A stretch of 64,000 nucleotides of DNA from an uncultured Bacteroidota bacterium (GTDB taxonomy: Bacteria; CLD3; SB21). The notes under the pieces were generated by a model that worked only from the letters and a program-made list of their open reading frames with translations, was not told where the DNA came from and ran no database searches. Shown piece by piece: positions 8,676-19,354 of the stretch. Positions within the stretch are counted from its first letter, which is position 1; each line of letters opens with the position of its first letter. Both the position numbers and the translations under genes were made by a program. Location: assembly GCA_964535295.1 (NCBI GenBank), contig CAZHUW010000001.1, positions 677 through 64,676 on the forward strand, written 5' to 3'.

Positions 8676-10484
8676 TTATTTGAATACCTTTATAATACCT
8701 TCTTTTATCGCCGTTGCTGCCTTTTTTTGAAATTTAGGATCAACGATCATCTTTTCCTGATCGGGCAGGGATAAAAAAGCGCATTCCACCAAAACAGCGG
8801 GCATTCGTGCATTGCGGCACACGGCCATATTGCCTTGAAAGATGCCGAAGTCAGGAAGTTTCGTTCGTTTGACCATCGCCTCTTGGATCGATTCCGCCAG
8901 CTTCTTGCTTTGCGGATGATAGTAGATCACTGACGGCCCCAACGCCTGGCTGAAGGGATTAACTCCGTCAGGCGGCGCATTGTGATGGATACTGATGAAA
9001 AGGTCGCACTGATTCCGGTTAGCAATTTCAACCCGATCATAAAGCGATAGATCCGCTGTTGTATCCGGATGCGTCATGATGACGGTCGCGCCGCCGGATT
9101 CAAGTTCTTTTTTCAAAACCAATGCAACTTCCACATTTGCCTGACGTTCCGTTATACCGCGTGGCCCTGTCGCTCCGATATCTTTAGAATGTCCGGGATC
9201 GATACAGATTTTTAAACCGCGCAACCCTTTAGCCAATGGTTTGTGCCGGATGGTCCAGATCAAATTAGTCCCGTCATACGCCGCCTCATATCCCCAATGA
9301 TGCGTGTTTTTTAAGTCTACCGTCAGCCGGAATACATCATGTTCCGGTTGAGACCATGTTACATTTGATATTTCCGGGTTGTCGTTTTCAAAACGAATCC
9401 AGTCAACATCGCTGATCCCGCCGTATAAAAACAACTGTAATTGCCGCTCGCCGGTTTGTTCGACTCTAAACGGGATCCGCTCCGACATGAATAACCTGAT
9501 AACGCTTTTCTGTCCATCCTTCTTTACGCGGATAACCGGTATAAATGAGCGGGGAACGGCCGTACCTGATGGAAGATAAGCAAGGTTCTTTTCGGGAAGC
9601 CAAGCCGCATGCCCGGATGATAATTTTAAGCGAATTTGATCGCCCATCGAACCGTCAACGGCGCTTCGGACTCCTTTTGGAAGAAAATAATAATAAGCCC
9701 TGCCCGGATCCACGGTCGCATTATTTATCTCAGCGGTCAATTCAACAGCGCGCATATCCTCATCGTTCCAAGATGTCAGTTTTGCATTCGAAACGGCCTG
9801 CGCGGTATCCCCGTTCTTTATGACTGTGAACCGAATCGAAGCGTTGTTCAGTTTTTCCTTCATGAAAAAATTTGCGGTAAATATGCCGGGAACCCGCGCG
9901 CGTTTGGTCTTTTTACCGATCCCAAATACCGATTCACCGAAATTATCCATCAGGTCCGGCTCGGCTTCCGCCATCGCCTGATCCGATTCAATGATAACCC
10001 CATCAGAATTTATAACAGAATAAAAAACCTTTGCTCCCGGCGTCGCGCGGCATTTTAGATGAATCCGGTCACCTGAACGCAAACTGATCGGAATGTTAGG
10101 AAAAAGATAATTTGAATCTATCGCAGCTGTCGCTGAGTCGAGCGCCGGCAAGGGGATTGGAATGATAACCTTTTTTTCGTACAAGTATACTGAGTCTTTA
10201 GCGATGATTTTACATTTCAATACAAAGGTTGAATCGGCGTTTATCTTCAACGGATCGATTCCCACAAAACCGATAAATGCACCGTCATGTGATGCTGCAA
10301 CGAACTGATCGTTGATATAGAGCTTTGAATTGGGAATACGGATCTGACCAAGAACGAGCAGGGAGTCTGTAGTGCTCAACAAAATATTCGAACGAGGATA
10401 GACCAGGCTTATTGGACGATCCTGCGCATACAATGAAAAGAGACCGACGGTGAAAATTAACCCCATCGGTATATATGTAGACAT
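8676..10484 (-). CDS. N-acetylmuramoyl-L-alanine amidase with a C-terminal Amidase_3 domain and a large N-terminal domain.
   Basis: The C-terminal region (KICIDPGHSKDIGATGP...SIHHNA) matches the Amidase_3 zinc-amidase fold. N-terminal signal/TM. Confidence 0.75.
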   Translation of the reverse strand: MSTYIPMGLIFTVGLFSLYAQDRPISLVYPRSNILLSTTDSLLVLGQIRIPNSKLYINDQFVAASHDGAFIGFVGIDPLKINADSTFVLKCKIIAKDSVYLYEKKVIIPIPLPALDSATAAIDSNYLFPNIPISLRSGDRIHLKCRATPGAKVFYSVINSDGVIIESDQAMAEAEPDLMDNFGESVFGIGKKTKRARVPGIFTANFFMKEKLNNASIRFTVIKNGDTAQAVSNAKLTSWNDEDMRAVELTAEINNATVDPGRAYYYFLPKGVRSAVDGSMGDQIRLKLSSGHAAWLPEKNLAYLPSGTAVPRSFIPVIRVKKDGQKSVIRLFMSERIPFRVEQTGERQLQLFLYGGISDVDWIRFENDNPEISNVTWSQPEHDVFRLTVDLKNTHHWGYEAAYDGTNLIWTIRHKPLAKGLRGLKICIDPGHSKDIGATGPRGITERQANVEVALVLKKELESGGATVIMTHPDTTADLSLYDRVEIANRNQCDLFISIHHNAPPDGVNPFSQALGPSVIYYHPQSKKLAESIQEAMVKRTKLPDFGIFQGNMAVCRNARMPAVLVECAFLSLPDQEKMIVDPKFQKKAATAIKEGIIKVFK

Positions 10485-10501
10485 TCGGTTCAGATGTTCT
10501 C

Positions 10502-11077
10502 CTAATTTCGTCGGCTCAGTAGGCTATTGACCCGGTGAAGGGATTCCTTGGCCGATTCGTATTCGGGATATAACTCCAGAGCCTTTTTGTATTCATTTGA
10601 TGCGCCCAGCCAATCCCCTTGCTTCTCTTTGATACGACCTAAATTAAAATAAGGATAATGCCTTGCTTCATAGCGTTTGGCTTCTTTGGCGCGCTCGAAC
10701 CATTGCGCGGCTTCGTCAAAGCGCTGAAGATTCATCAGATAAGCGCCGATATCGTTGTACGGGTTGCCGAAATCCGGATCTATAGAGATCGCCGTTTCAC
10801 ATTCTGAGATCGCGCCTTCAATATCGCCCTCGAAACTCAGCGCCCAACCAAGGAATGTATGCGCCTCGGACGTCGGAAATATTTCAATGGATCTTTTGTA
10901 ATGTTCGATCGCTTCATGAATCCGGCCGCTCATTTGAAATTGATACGCCTGATGGAAATAATATTCCGCTTCACGCAACAGCGCGCTGTCATTTTTTCTG
11001 AATGTTTCTTCAAACATGGATGTATCGGATCGGTAAAAATTCTTGGGAAATGTAGAAACAACGGCAGCCATTTTCAA
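10502..11077 (-). CDS. TPR-repeat protein.
   Basis: 191 aa of 34-residue repeats with the W-LG-Y / A-F-A-P spacing of TPR. Confidence 0.7.
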   Translation of the reverse strand: MKMAAVVSTFPKNFYRSDTSMFEETFRKNDSALLREAEYYFHQAYQFQMSGRIHEAIEHYKRSIEIFPTSEAHTFLGWALSFEGDIEGAISECETAISIDPDFGNPYNDIGAYLMNLQRFDEAAQWFERAKEAKRYEARHYPYFNLGRIKEKQGDWLGASNEYKKALELYPEYESAKESLHRVNSLLSRRN

Positions 11078-11136
11078 GACTATAAATGGACATCAGCGAC
11101 TGATGGCAGGATAGAGAGTTGGGTTTCCGTGATTAG

Positions 11137-11949
11137 TCACATCGCCGGCAGAATTGTTTTGATCAATACTTTCATGTTTTTCGGCATTTCCGGACGTCCT
11201 CCCATCAACATGCCGCCTGCAGGCATTCTTCCTCCCCCCATCCCGCCCGGTATCTGTCCGCCAAAATCCGGTTTTTTAAACTCACCCGTTTCCAACCAGA
11301 TACTGACCGGCTTCCCGGATGCCGCATTGATGGCAAAAGGAATATTATCAGAAGATCTCAAAGGAACTTTTAACTCGTAGAACATACCGTCTTTCTGATG
11401 AGTAAGTTTTACAGCAATGCCGGTCAATTCGTATAAGGTCAGTCTCGTCCGGTCTAATTCACCGGGACCAATGATCTCCACTTCATTTAATTGTTTTTTT
11501 GTTCTTTCGTCAAAATGTGCACCAATTTCCTGACGACCATCAGGAGGCAGCATTGGCATACCGCCGCTCCCTCCAATAGGATACCGTATACCTAGAATCT
11601 TGTTTCCAGTTCCGGCAGAATCAAACCACACCGTAAAACCCATGGTCAAGATCTGCATGGCAACGCTTCGGTCGAGCGGCGCAATACCCAAATAAATAAA
11701 ATCCTTGTCAGAGGCGATGCCAACGGCCATTTTTGCATCTCTAATGATTTCCATTTTATTCTTTTCCCATTCATCGTCCATTCCGTCTATCTTTATACTG
11801 CTTTCGTTCCAATAACTGATCATTGAGACAGGGTGAGAGCATCCTGTATTTAATTCAATTAACAGGACCAAGAATCCAAGAGCCACCGGCTTCGCTATTT
11901 TCATTGCCTTCTCCGCTTTTTTGATCAACAAAATCTGATCATTAGACAT
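11137..11949 (-). CDS. Hypothetical lipoprotein with a Gly/Met-rich C-terminal tail.
   Basis: Signal peptide with a lipobox-like LNTGC. C-terminal low-complexity GGQIPGGMGGGRMPAGGMLMGGRPEMP. Confidence 0.5.
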   Translation of the reverse strand: MSNDQILLIKKAEKAMKIAKPVALGFLVLLIELNTGCSHPVSMISYWNESSIKIDGMDDEWEKNKMEIIRDAKMAVGIASDKDFIYLGIAPLDRSVAMQILTMGFTVWFDSAGTGNKILGIRYPIGGSGGMPMLPPDGRQEIGAHFDERTKKQLNEVEIIGPGELDRTRLTLYELTGIAVKLTHQKDGMFYELKVPLRSSDNIPFAINAASGKPVSIWLETGEFKKPDFGGQIPGGMGGGRMPAGGMLMGGRPEMPKNMKVLIKTILPAM

Positions 11950-12033
11950 GAATTACTGAAAAAAGTTGAATAAGATAGTAAAAAAAAAAGCGAAGTGGGG
12001 ATCTTCGCTTTTAAATTTCACCATATCAAAACA

Positions 12034-12990
12034 TTACTCTTCTAACTTTGACTTTGCTTCGTCTGCCTGTGAACCGTTTGGAACCAAAGCCAAATAGCGC
12101 CGGTAATGATCCTTCGCTTCCTGTTTCATATTCTTCTTCTCACAACATTTGGCCAGATTAAATACGGATGGAGCAAATTTGGGATCGGTGATAATGGCCT
12201 TCCTGTAACTTTCAATCGCTTCATCTATTTGATCGTTAGCCAAATACCCGTCACCAAGACTGTCATAGGCGTTCGCGTTGCCCGGATCGTATTCGACCAT
12301 TTTTTTGAAATGCTGTATCGCTTCCTCATATCGTTTTTGTTTCAGATACAAGTAGCCAAGCCGGTGATGGGACCCTGGCTTTTTGGGTTCAACCGAAATG
12401 GCTTTCTTATAATATTCTTCGGCAGCACTCGGGTCGTCCTCTTGGTCATATACAAAAGCAAAGCCCATGTAACCGCGATACGCATTCAATTTCAAAAGCG
12501 CTGCTGCCTGTAATTTCGCCTTGTCTTTACTGCCGCCCATGATACCGGGCGCCATGACGTAGAACTGCAGTAAGCCGTTTCTGGCATCGGGATTATTCGG
12601 ATCGAGTTCAACGGCCTTCTCCAGTTCACTTTTGATCCTCGGTGCCAGCAGCGCTTGTTTAATGACATTGCTCTGCATGGCCTTTGCACCCAAGGCGCTT
12701 GACAGAATCAAATGATATTGGGCGTTGTTTGGATCTGCATCTATCGCTTTTTCGAGGTATTCAACGGCCTTATCTACATCTCTTTCGAACCTGAGATAGA
12801 TCGATCCTACATAGTAATTCGCCTCCGCATGATAGCTTGATTTAGCCAATAAGCTCTCAAAGATGCTCTTGGCTTCTGAAAATTTGCCGTCATTAAATAA
12901 TTGACGGCCGCGCTCAAGCTCGGTCTGTGCTTGCAGGCTTGGGATCATTATGGACAAACTCAGGGCAAGATAACACAATACAACTTTCAT
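12034..12990 (-). CDS. Secreted TPR-repeat protein.
   Basis: 318 aa. Signal peptide, then multiple TPR units. Confidence 0.7.
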   Translation of the reverse strand: MKVVLCYLALSLSIMIPSLQAQTELERGRQLFNDGKFSEAKSIFESLLAKSSYHAEANYYVGSIYLRFERDVDKAVEYLEKAIDADPNNAQYHLILSSALGAKAMQSNVIKQALLAPRIKSELEKAVELDPNNPDARNGLLQFYVMAPGIMGGSKDKAKLQAAALLKLNAYRGYMGFAFVYDQEDDPSAAEEYYKKAISVEPKKPGSHHRLGYLYLKQKRYEEAIQHFKKMVEYDPGNANAYDSLGDGYLANDQIDEAIESYRKAIITDPKFAPSVFNLAKCCEKKNMKQEAKDHYRRYLALVPNGSQADEAKSKLEE

Positions 12991-13029
12991 CGTTTACGTC
13001 CTTAAAATTTGTTCCTAAATTGCTCAAGC

Positions 13030-13062
13030 AAAAAAAAAGCGAGTTACCGGAGTATCTCGCTT
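13030..13062 (-). terminator. Intrinsic terminator that closes the efflux operon on the minus strand.
   Basis: AAGCGAG (13037-13043) pairs with CTCGCTT (13056-13062) around a 12-nt loop. The A-run at 13030-13038 gives a U-tract on the minus-strand transcript. Confidence 0.5.
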
Positions 13063-13086
13063 AGTTCCATTGGTTAAATCTAATAT

Positions 13087-14337
13087 TTATTCAAATCGCA
13101 AAGATTCTATCGGATCAAGTTTTGCCGCTTTGGAAGCCGGCCACATACCGAAGATGATCCCGATAAAACTACAAAAGATCAATCCGGCAACCGCCCAATC
13201 ATACGGTATCGTCACAGGGACATCCACAAGGAAACTGACTATATTACCGATCGCAACCCCTACACCGATACCGATGAACCCGCCGATCTCGCATAAAACA
13301 ACCGCTTCGATCAGAAATTGTAACAAAATATCTTTTTGTTTTGCTCCGATGGCCTTGCGGATCCCGATCTCTTTGGTGCGTTCCGTTACGGAAACAAGCA
13401 TAATATTCATGATGCCGATACCCGCCACGATCAAAGCGATACCTCCCATCGCGATCGCAACAAGACGGATAACTGCGGTCATTTCCCCAAAGGCGCGTAC
13501 CATACTGTCGTTTGAGAATATATCAAAATCATCTTCATCAAGCGGTTTTACGCCGCGGGCAATGCGTAGGACACCTTTCACTTCTTCTATCAAATCTTCC
13601 AGATTCACTCCGGCACGCGCTTTGACAGTGATATTGACGGAACGGTCACGCCCATCCGAGTCCTTGAGACCAAATTGTTGAACAAAAGCAGAAATTGGAA
13701 TGCAAGCGCTGTTGTCTCCGGATCCGGACGGTGTATCGCCTAACTCCTCATACACGCCGATAACCGTATATTTCTGGCCGCCGATTTTTACGATCTGATC
13801 GATCGGATCTTTAAACGGAAAAAGCTTATTGACAATTCGTGATCCTATGACGATGACCTTTCGTCCAACTTTAACGTCTTCATCCGTTATAAATCGGCCG
13901 ACGCCGACCAATTGATTATTGTTGATCTGGAACTCGGGCGTGCCGCCGGCAAGTGACACGTTTGGATTCGTTTTCAAATCCTCATGGGCTAGTACTGCGG
14001 GTTGTTCCCACAATTCTGCCCCGACCAATTCCGCTCCTTTGACTTTTTCACGGATCAGATTCGCCTGTTCGATCGTCAGCGGTTTGCGCCGCATGATCTT
14101 GCGCCAGTTTTGCCCGGGGCCGCCGATCGCGGGCCATTTCTGAACCTGGAATGTATTGGAGCCTAACCGGCTCAGATCGCTGTCCATTTTCGCTTTGATA
14201 ACGGCAATACCCGTCATCACTGCAATAATAGAGGCGACGCCGGCAACAACGCCGACCAAAGTTAGAAAAGAGCGAAGTTTATTTGTTATCACGGCGTTGA
14301 ACGCCATCTTAACATTTTCACCGAGATCAATTTTCAT
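13087..14337 (-). CDS. ABC transporter permease of the FtsX/MacB family.
   Basis: 416 aa. One N-terminal TM, a large periplasmic domain, and three C-terminal TMs carrying the FtsX motif. Confidence 0.85.
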   Translation of the reverse strand: MKIDLGENVKMAFNAVITNKLRSFLTLVGVVAGVASIIAVMTGIAVIKAKMDSDLSRLGSNTFQVQKWPAIGGPGQNWRKIMRRKPLTIEQANLIREKVKGAELVGAELWEQPAVLAHEDLKTNPNVSLAGGTPEFQINNNQLVGVGRFITDEDVKVGRKVIVIGSRIVNKLFPFKDPIDQIVKIGGQKYTVIGVYEELGDTPSGSGDNSACIPISAFVQQFGLKDSDGRDRSVNITVKARAGVNLEDLIEEVKGVLRIARGVKPLDEDDFDIFSNDSMVRAFGEMTAVIRLVAIAMGGIALIVAGIGIMNIMLVSVTERTKEIGIRKAIGAKQKDILLQFLIEAVVLCEIGGFIGIGVGVAIGNIVSFLVDVPVTIPYDWAVAGLIFCSFIGIIFGMWPASKAAKLDPIESLRFE

Positions 14338-14434
14338 GTTTTTTTTTGTTTTAACAAGCCACCAAGACTCAAAGACACAAAATTAATGATTAATAAAATT
14401 CTTCGTGTCTTAGTGCCTTCGTGGCAAAATTTAG

Positions 14435-15673
14435 TTATTCATAACGTAACGCATCGATCGGATCCAACCGCGATGCTTTTAATGCCGGTAAAAAACCGGA
14501 TAAAATACCAACCAGGATTGCAATAAAAATGGCGACCATGATCACGCCAAAAGATAATTGCGCAGTAAAGAAAACATTGATCACATAACTGATAATGTAG
14601 GATAGGATGAGTGCAATGATACATCCAATCATACATATCATCGCGGCTTCAAAAAGGAATTGAACGAGAATAGTTCTTCGTTTGGCGCCGATCGCTTTTC
14701 TGATACCTATCTCGCGGGTCCTTTCAGTCACCGACACGAACATGATATTCATTACCCCGATTCCGCCAACAAAAAGTGAAATACTGGTGATCAGAACGCC
14801 GACCAATCCGACCACACCCATGATCTGATCATAAATCTTGGTAAAAGTGTCCTGCCGGTTGATGGAAAAATTCTCAAAGGCCGTTGGTTTGAGTTTTCTG
14901 ATCTTACGCATGGATCCAGTGATTTCCTCTGCCGTATCCTCCATGTGGTTCATGTCCTTTACTTTGACCGCAAGCTGGAGTCCCCGTGAACGGCCAAAAG
15001 ATTTTAAAAAAGTCGAGATTGGAATCGCAACCTGTGCATCCAGGTTAGGGCCGCCAAGACCGCCAAGAAACCGGCCTTGTTTTTCCATCACACCGACGAT
15101 CTTGAAATTATACGAGCCCACCCTCAGTTTCTTTCCGATCGGATCGATATTCTCGAACAATTTTTGTTTAACGTCATAACCAATTACGCAGATATATTTT
15201 GAATTCTCTACGTCGAGATTCCCAACAAATCTGCCAACCTCAGGCACCGCCGACGATGTGAACAATTCTTTTTCAGTGGTTCCACGCACAAATATATCAT
15301 CCAGCGTTTTTGACTCGTATTTGACCGGTCTGACTGTGCCGACGCTGGGGTTGACAGCGACCACTTTATCGCCTAAGGCTTTTTCCAGTTTTTGTGCTTC
15401 TTCGAATGTGATCTGCGGCCGGTTACGGTATTTCCACCAATCGTCCATAATGATCCACGGATGTTTGGAAACATAAAGTACATCCGTTCCAAGAGCGGAT
15501 AATTGGGATTGGAATGAATTCCTCATACCCACCATAACGGTCATCGTTGTGGAAACGGCCGTGATGCCGATAACGATACCTAGAGTAGTCAGAAAACCGC
15601 GGGCCTTATTAGCCCGTATCGCATTGATGGCTATTCGGAAAGCTTCCAATGTTTCGTAAAATAAACGTCTCAT
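14435..15673 (-). CDS. ABC transporter permease of the FtsX/MacB family (paralog of the neighbour).
   Basis: 412 aa with the same topology as 13087-14337. Confidence 0.85.
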   Translation of the reverse strand: MRRLFYETLEAFRIAINAIRANKARGFLTTLGIVIGITAVSTTMTVMVGMRNSFQSQLSALGTDVLYVSKHPWIIMDDWWKYRNRPQITFEEAQKLEKALGDKVVAVNPSVGTVRPVKYESKTLDDIFVRGTTEKELFTSSAVPEVGRFVGNLDVENSKYICVIGYDVKQKLFENIDPIGKKLRVGSYNFKIVGVMEKQGRFLGGLGGPNLDAQVAIPISTFLKSFGRSRGLQLAVKVKDMNHMEDTAEEITGSMRKIRKLKPTAFENFSINRQDTFTKIYDQIMGVVGLVGVLITSISLFVGGIGVMNIMFVSVTERTREIGIRKAIGAKRRTILVQFLFEAAMICMIGCIIALILSYIISYVINVFFTAQLSFGVIMVAIFIAILVGILSGFLPALKASRLDPIDALRYE

Positions 15674-15705
15674 AGGATTCTTGTTATGATCGTTAATAAT
15701 TATTG

Positions 15706-16422
15706 CTATGCGTCGACCAAGACCTTCTTAAATACTTTGCGTCCATTTATCTTCTCATCTATTTCAACACAGCCGTCTTTAAGACGGACCACACGGCGCG
15801 CGTGGGAAGCAATGTCTTCTTCGTGCGTAACCAAAATGATCGTGTTGCCCGCTTTGTAAAGATCTTCAAAGACACCCATGATCTCTTCGCCGGTCTTCGA
15901 ATCAAGATTTCCGGTAGGTTCGTCTGCAAGAATAATCGAAGGATTATTTACCAGAGCCCGCGCGATGGCCACGCGCTGACGCTGACCGCCTGATAATTCA
16001 TTCGGTTTGTGCCGCATACGCGCAGAAAGACCGACTTTCTCTATCGCATCCAACGTTGCTCGCCGGCGTTCGGTTGCATTCACTCCGGCATAGATCATCG
16101 GAAGTTCGACATTGTGAAAGACATCCGAGCGCGGAATGAGATTAAAATTTTGAAAAACAAAGCCGATCCGCTTGTTCCTGATCTCGGCTAACTGATCATC
16201 GGTCAACCGCGCCACATCCTGACCTTCAAAGAAATATTCACCGGCTGTAGGAGTGTCCAAACAACCGATCATATTCATCATGGTCGATTTTCCCGATCCT
16301 GAAGGGCCCATCAGCGCGATATATTCGTTTTTTGCGATCGTCATCGAAACCCCGCGAAGCGCGTGAACCTCTTCCGAGCCGATCGTATAAACTTTGGTGA
16401 TATTTCTGATGTCGATTACCAT
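15706..16422 (-). CDS. ABC transporter ATP-binding protein of the MacB/LolD type.
   Basis: Walker [13 protein letters not shown] signature [15 protein letters not shown], Walker [12 protein letters not shown]. Confidence 0.9.
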   Translation of the reverse strand: MVIDIRNITKVYTIGSEEVHALRGVSMTIAKNEYIALMGPSGSGKSTMMNMIGCLDTPTAGEYFFEGQDVARLTDDQLAEIRNKRIGFVFQNFNLIPRSDVFHNVELPMIYAGVNATERRRATLDAIEKVGLSARMRHKPNELSGGQRQRVAIARALVNNPSIILADEPTGNLDSKTGEEIMGVFEDLYKAGNTIILVTHEEDIASHARRVVRLKDGCVEIDEKINGRKVFKKVLVDA

Positions 16423-16469
16423 AACTAAAGCCTTGTGTTGATCTCGTACGTTAGCTGTTGTTTTTATTG

Positions 16470-17765
16470 TTAGTTGCCTTCGCGCTCTTCCATATTGCCG
16501 CCCATGGACGGTTTCTTCTCGTTGTCAACTTTTACCTTCGAACCGTTCTCCAATAATTTACTGATTGCACGGTAATTGCCCACCACAACTTCATCTCCTT
16601 CTTTAATACCTTCAAGTATTTCAATATGCGATTCGCTTTGTATTCCGGTCTTGACAGCCTTCGCAACAGCCGTTCCGTTTTCGATCACGAATACCACTTC
16701 GACCACGCCGTCCTTATTAGGCTTAAATTCACTTGCCGTATCGTTGGCAATCGCTGCATCTTTTTCTATACCTTCTTTTCGCTTTAATTTTTCAGGCAGC
16801 CGAACCGTGACGCACTGGATAGGCACACTAAGAACATTTGTTTTCACGTCGGTAGTGATGTCGGATGTAGTGGACATGCCCGGGCGTAGGGTCGGCAAGT
16901 TATCCGACAATGCAATCTTCACTTCAAATTCTGTTTTTTCTTCCTGGGTTCCTGCTGCTTTTACATTAGCTGTATTTGCAATTTCCGTCACGCGTCCGTG
17001 TAACTTCTGCTCGTTCAGCGCATCCACTTCAATGGTTGCCGTGTCACTCAGGCTGATAGAAACCACATCATTCTCATCAACATTGACGCGCGCTTCCATT
17101 TCCGCTAGATTTGCAACCACCATAATTACGTCTTGAGAAAACTGTGAGCCTAAGGCAATTTCGCCTTCCTCTTTGTTTAGTTTGCTAACCGTGCCCTCAA
17201 TCGGTGAATAAATTTCCGTCTTGCTGAGATTGTCCAAGCTGCGATCCAGATCGGCTTGTGCGGCTTGCACCTGACTTTGCGCCGATTCTAAAGCCGATTG
17301 ACTGGTAGATAAATTGGCCTCAGCTGACTGCAGTTCTGATTCAGCTGATAATTTCTTTTCAAACAGTCCTTTGATACGGTCGTAATCCTGCTTGGCCTTT
17401 TGCAGACTGGCTTCAGCGGAAATTACCTGTGATTTGGCCCGCATTAGTTCTGCTTTGGACTGATTGACCGAAGCCTCATAAACGGTCCGGTCGAGAGACA
17501 CCAACAATTGTCCGCGTTGAACCCGGTCGCCTTCCTTCACGGTCAGTTTCATGATCTTCGCACTCACGTTGGAGCTGACCTTCACGTCCGTCACAGGCTG
17601 AATCTTTCCTGAAGCGCTGACCGTTTTGATCACATCGCCGCGTTTGACTTTTTCGGTTTGCACATCGATCGCAACCTCTTTCTTGTTGCTCAGATTGAAT
17701 ACCACAACAGCCGTTATCGCTACCGCCAAAACGGCGCCGATAATGATTTTTTTCTTTCTGGACAT
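16470..17765 (-). CDS. Efflux periplasmic adaptor subunit (MacA/HlyD membrane-fusion family).
   Basis: N-terminal TM, long coiled-coil hairpin ([18 protein letters not shown]...), beta-barrel and MP domains. Confidence 0.85.
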   Translation of the reverse strand: MSRKKKIIIGAVLAVAITAVVVFNLSNKKEVAIDVQTEKVKRGDVIKTVSASGKIQPVTDVKVSSNVSAKIMKLTVKEGDRVQRGQLLVSLDRTVYEASVNQSKAELMRAKSQVISAEASLQKAKQDYDRIKGLFEKKLSAESELQSAEANLSTSQSALESAQSQVQAAQADLDRSLDNLSKTEIYSPIEGTVSKLNKEEGEIALGSQFSQDVIMVVANLAEMEARVNVDENDVVSISLSDTATIEVDALNEQKLHGRVTEIANTANVKAAGTQEEKTEFEVKIALSDNLPTLRPGMSTTSDITTDVKTNVLSVPIQCVTVRLPEKLKRKEGIEKDAAIANDTASEFKPNKDGVVEVVFVIENGTAVAKAVKTGIQSESHIEILEGIKEGDEVVVGNYRAISKLLENGSKVKVDNEKKPSMGGNMEEREGN

Positions 17766-17803
17766 GGGGTGTCTCCTTATAAAGGTAAAATTTAACTTAT
17801 GTT

Positions 17804-19138
17804 CTAGTTATTCAGCTGACCCACTGCAAGCAAATACTGCTGCCGGGCGTAAATAAAATCGTATTTCGCCTGCGTATAATTGGCTTCGGCCGTTGAATAT
17901 CCGGTATTGGCCGTAATCTGATCCAGCACGGTTCCGGCGCCGAGATTATAACGTTCCGTTGCCAAACGCAGATCTTCTTTGGCCGACTTTACGTTTTCAT
18001 CAGAAAGCTGAACATTTTCATATGCCGTCTGCATATTCAATAAGGCAATCTTGATATCGAGCGCAACTTTACGCTTGGTGCTTTCCATATTACTGCGTTC
18101 CGTCTGATATCTCTGATCGGCCTGGATGACCCCGCTATTGGTTTGAAAGCCGGTAAAGATAGGAATCGACAAATTAAGGCCAATACTTGCATTATCCAGG
18201 TTTTCATAGTTCTTGAAATTCAGTTCGGTATTATTCCAGTTATAACTTGCAAATGCCGACAAAGTTGGAAAATACCCGCTTTTAGCTATTGAAAGAGAAC
18301 GGCGCGTGCTTTCCACTTTCTTCCGGGATGCCAAATAATCTTTACGGCTATCCAAAGCCGTCTGGAATGACTGTTCAAAATCAAACTGCTTAGCATCGAA
18401 TGTAACTTCCATAGCTAACTCTTTGAGTTCAAACTCCGCATTCACATCTTCACCAATCAGATTGTTCAGACTCGCTTTGGACGTTCTCAGATTATTCTTT
18501 GCTTTATTCACATCCAATTTGTCCGAACCGACCTGAACGCGCTGTTTGTAAACATCCGACAGTATCTGGGCGCCCAAACGGTTTCTTTCTTCCAGGCGCT
18601 TTAACTGTTCTTCACTGCGTTTGAGGTTTTCTTCAGCGATCTTCAGCAGTTGTTGGTTTTTCAGAACCGTAATATAAGCCTGGTAGACACTGAGTGTGAC
18701 TTCCTGTCTCGTATTTTCAAAGTCAAATTTAGCTGAACTTTCATCAAGCCGGGCTTGCGTCATTTCGTCAAACTTTTTCAAACCGTCAAAAATCACATAG
18801 TTGGCGTCTAAAGAATACGAATATGAATTATTGTTAGTGCTTCGCGAACTCAACTGTCCGGCCAATGAAGTATCACCTGAATTGATCGTATTCAACATGG
18901 AATGATTGAAAGTTGCATTTGCGCTTACGGTCGGCAAATTCTGACCCCACGTCTTCGGAAGAACGCTGGCGACCGTTGAATTATAAGAGTTCTGCGCGGA
19001 AATGACCTGAATATTATTCTTCATGGCTATTTTAACAGCTTCATCAATATCAATCACACGTTTCTCTTGTGCCGATACCGCAGTAACAAAGATAACCATT
19101 AATATCACATACCATGTTTTCATAATTGTACTCCTCAT
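17804..19138 (-). CDS. TolC-family outer-membrane efflux protein.
   Basis: 444 aa. Signal peptide and two repeated coiled-coil/beta segments typical of outer-membrane factor proteins. First gene of the efflux operon. Confidence 0.8.
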   Translation of the reverse strand: MRSTIMKTWYVILMVIFVTAVSAQEKRVIDIDEAVKIAMKNNIQVISAQNSYNSTVASVLPKTWGQNLPTVSANATFNHSMLNTINSGDTSLAGQLSSRSTNNNSYSYSLDANYVIFDGLKKFDEMTQARLDESSAKFDFENTRQEVTLSVYQAYITVLKNQQLLKIAEENLKRSEEQLKRLEERNRLGAQILSDVYKQRVQVGSDKLDVNKAKNNLRTSKASLNNLIGEDVNAEFELKELAMEVTFDAKQFDFEQSFQTALDSRKDYLASRKKVESTRRSLSIAKSGYFPTLSAFASYNWNNTELNFKNYENLDNASIGLNLSIPIFTGFQTNSGVIQADQRYQTERSNMESTKRKVALDIKIALLNMQTAYENVQLSDENVKSAKEDLRLATERYNLGAGTVLDQITANTGYSTAEANYTQAKYDFIYARQQYLLAVGQLNN

Positions 19139-19283
19139 AATTTCGATAAAGTTCTTATTAAACTGATTCTATATTCGTAATTTGGAAACATTTGTTTCAA
19201 TTTTTTTACAAAATAGCAAAAAACATTCGAAATAACCAACACCAGCTTTGGTAATTAGACTGTATTGAATATCAAATAGTTTC

Positions 19284-19317
19284 AAAAAAAAACTCCCGGA
19301 AAGCAACCCGGGAGTTT
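19284..19317 (-). terminator. Intrinsic terminator downstream of the Yip1-family gene.
   Basis: CTCCCGG (19293-19299) pairs with CCGGGAG (19308-19314). The A-run at 19284-19292 gives a U-tract on the minus strand. Confidence 0.55.
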
Positions 19318-19354
19318 CACGTGATAAATATCAAGCCGGCTAAACGCGGACCTT

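Noticed and set aside
13070-13681. A 203-aa plus-strand ORF and similar long ORFs (16576-17136 +, 38759-39526 -, 41782-42861 -, 35965-36660 +, 33943-34560 +, 60158-60694 -).
   Set aside because: They lie entirely antisense within well-supported genes with clear family signatures (FtsX permease, HlyD adaptor, patatin, sensor kinase, CBS, CGL, acyltransferase). Composition-driven open frames on the opposite strand are expected there, and no motif supports them.
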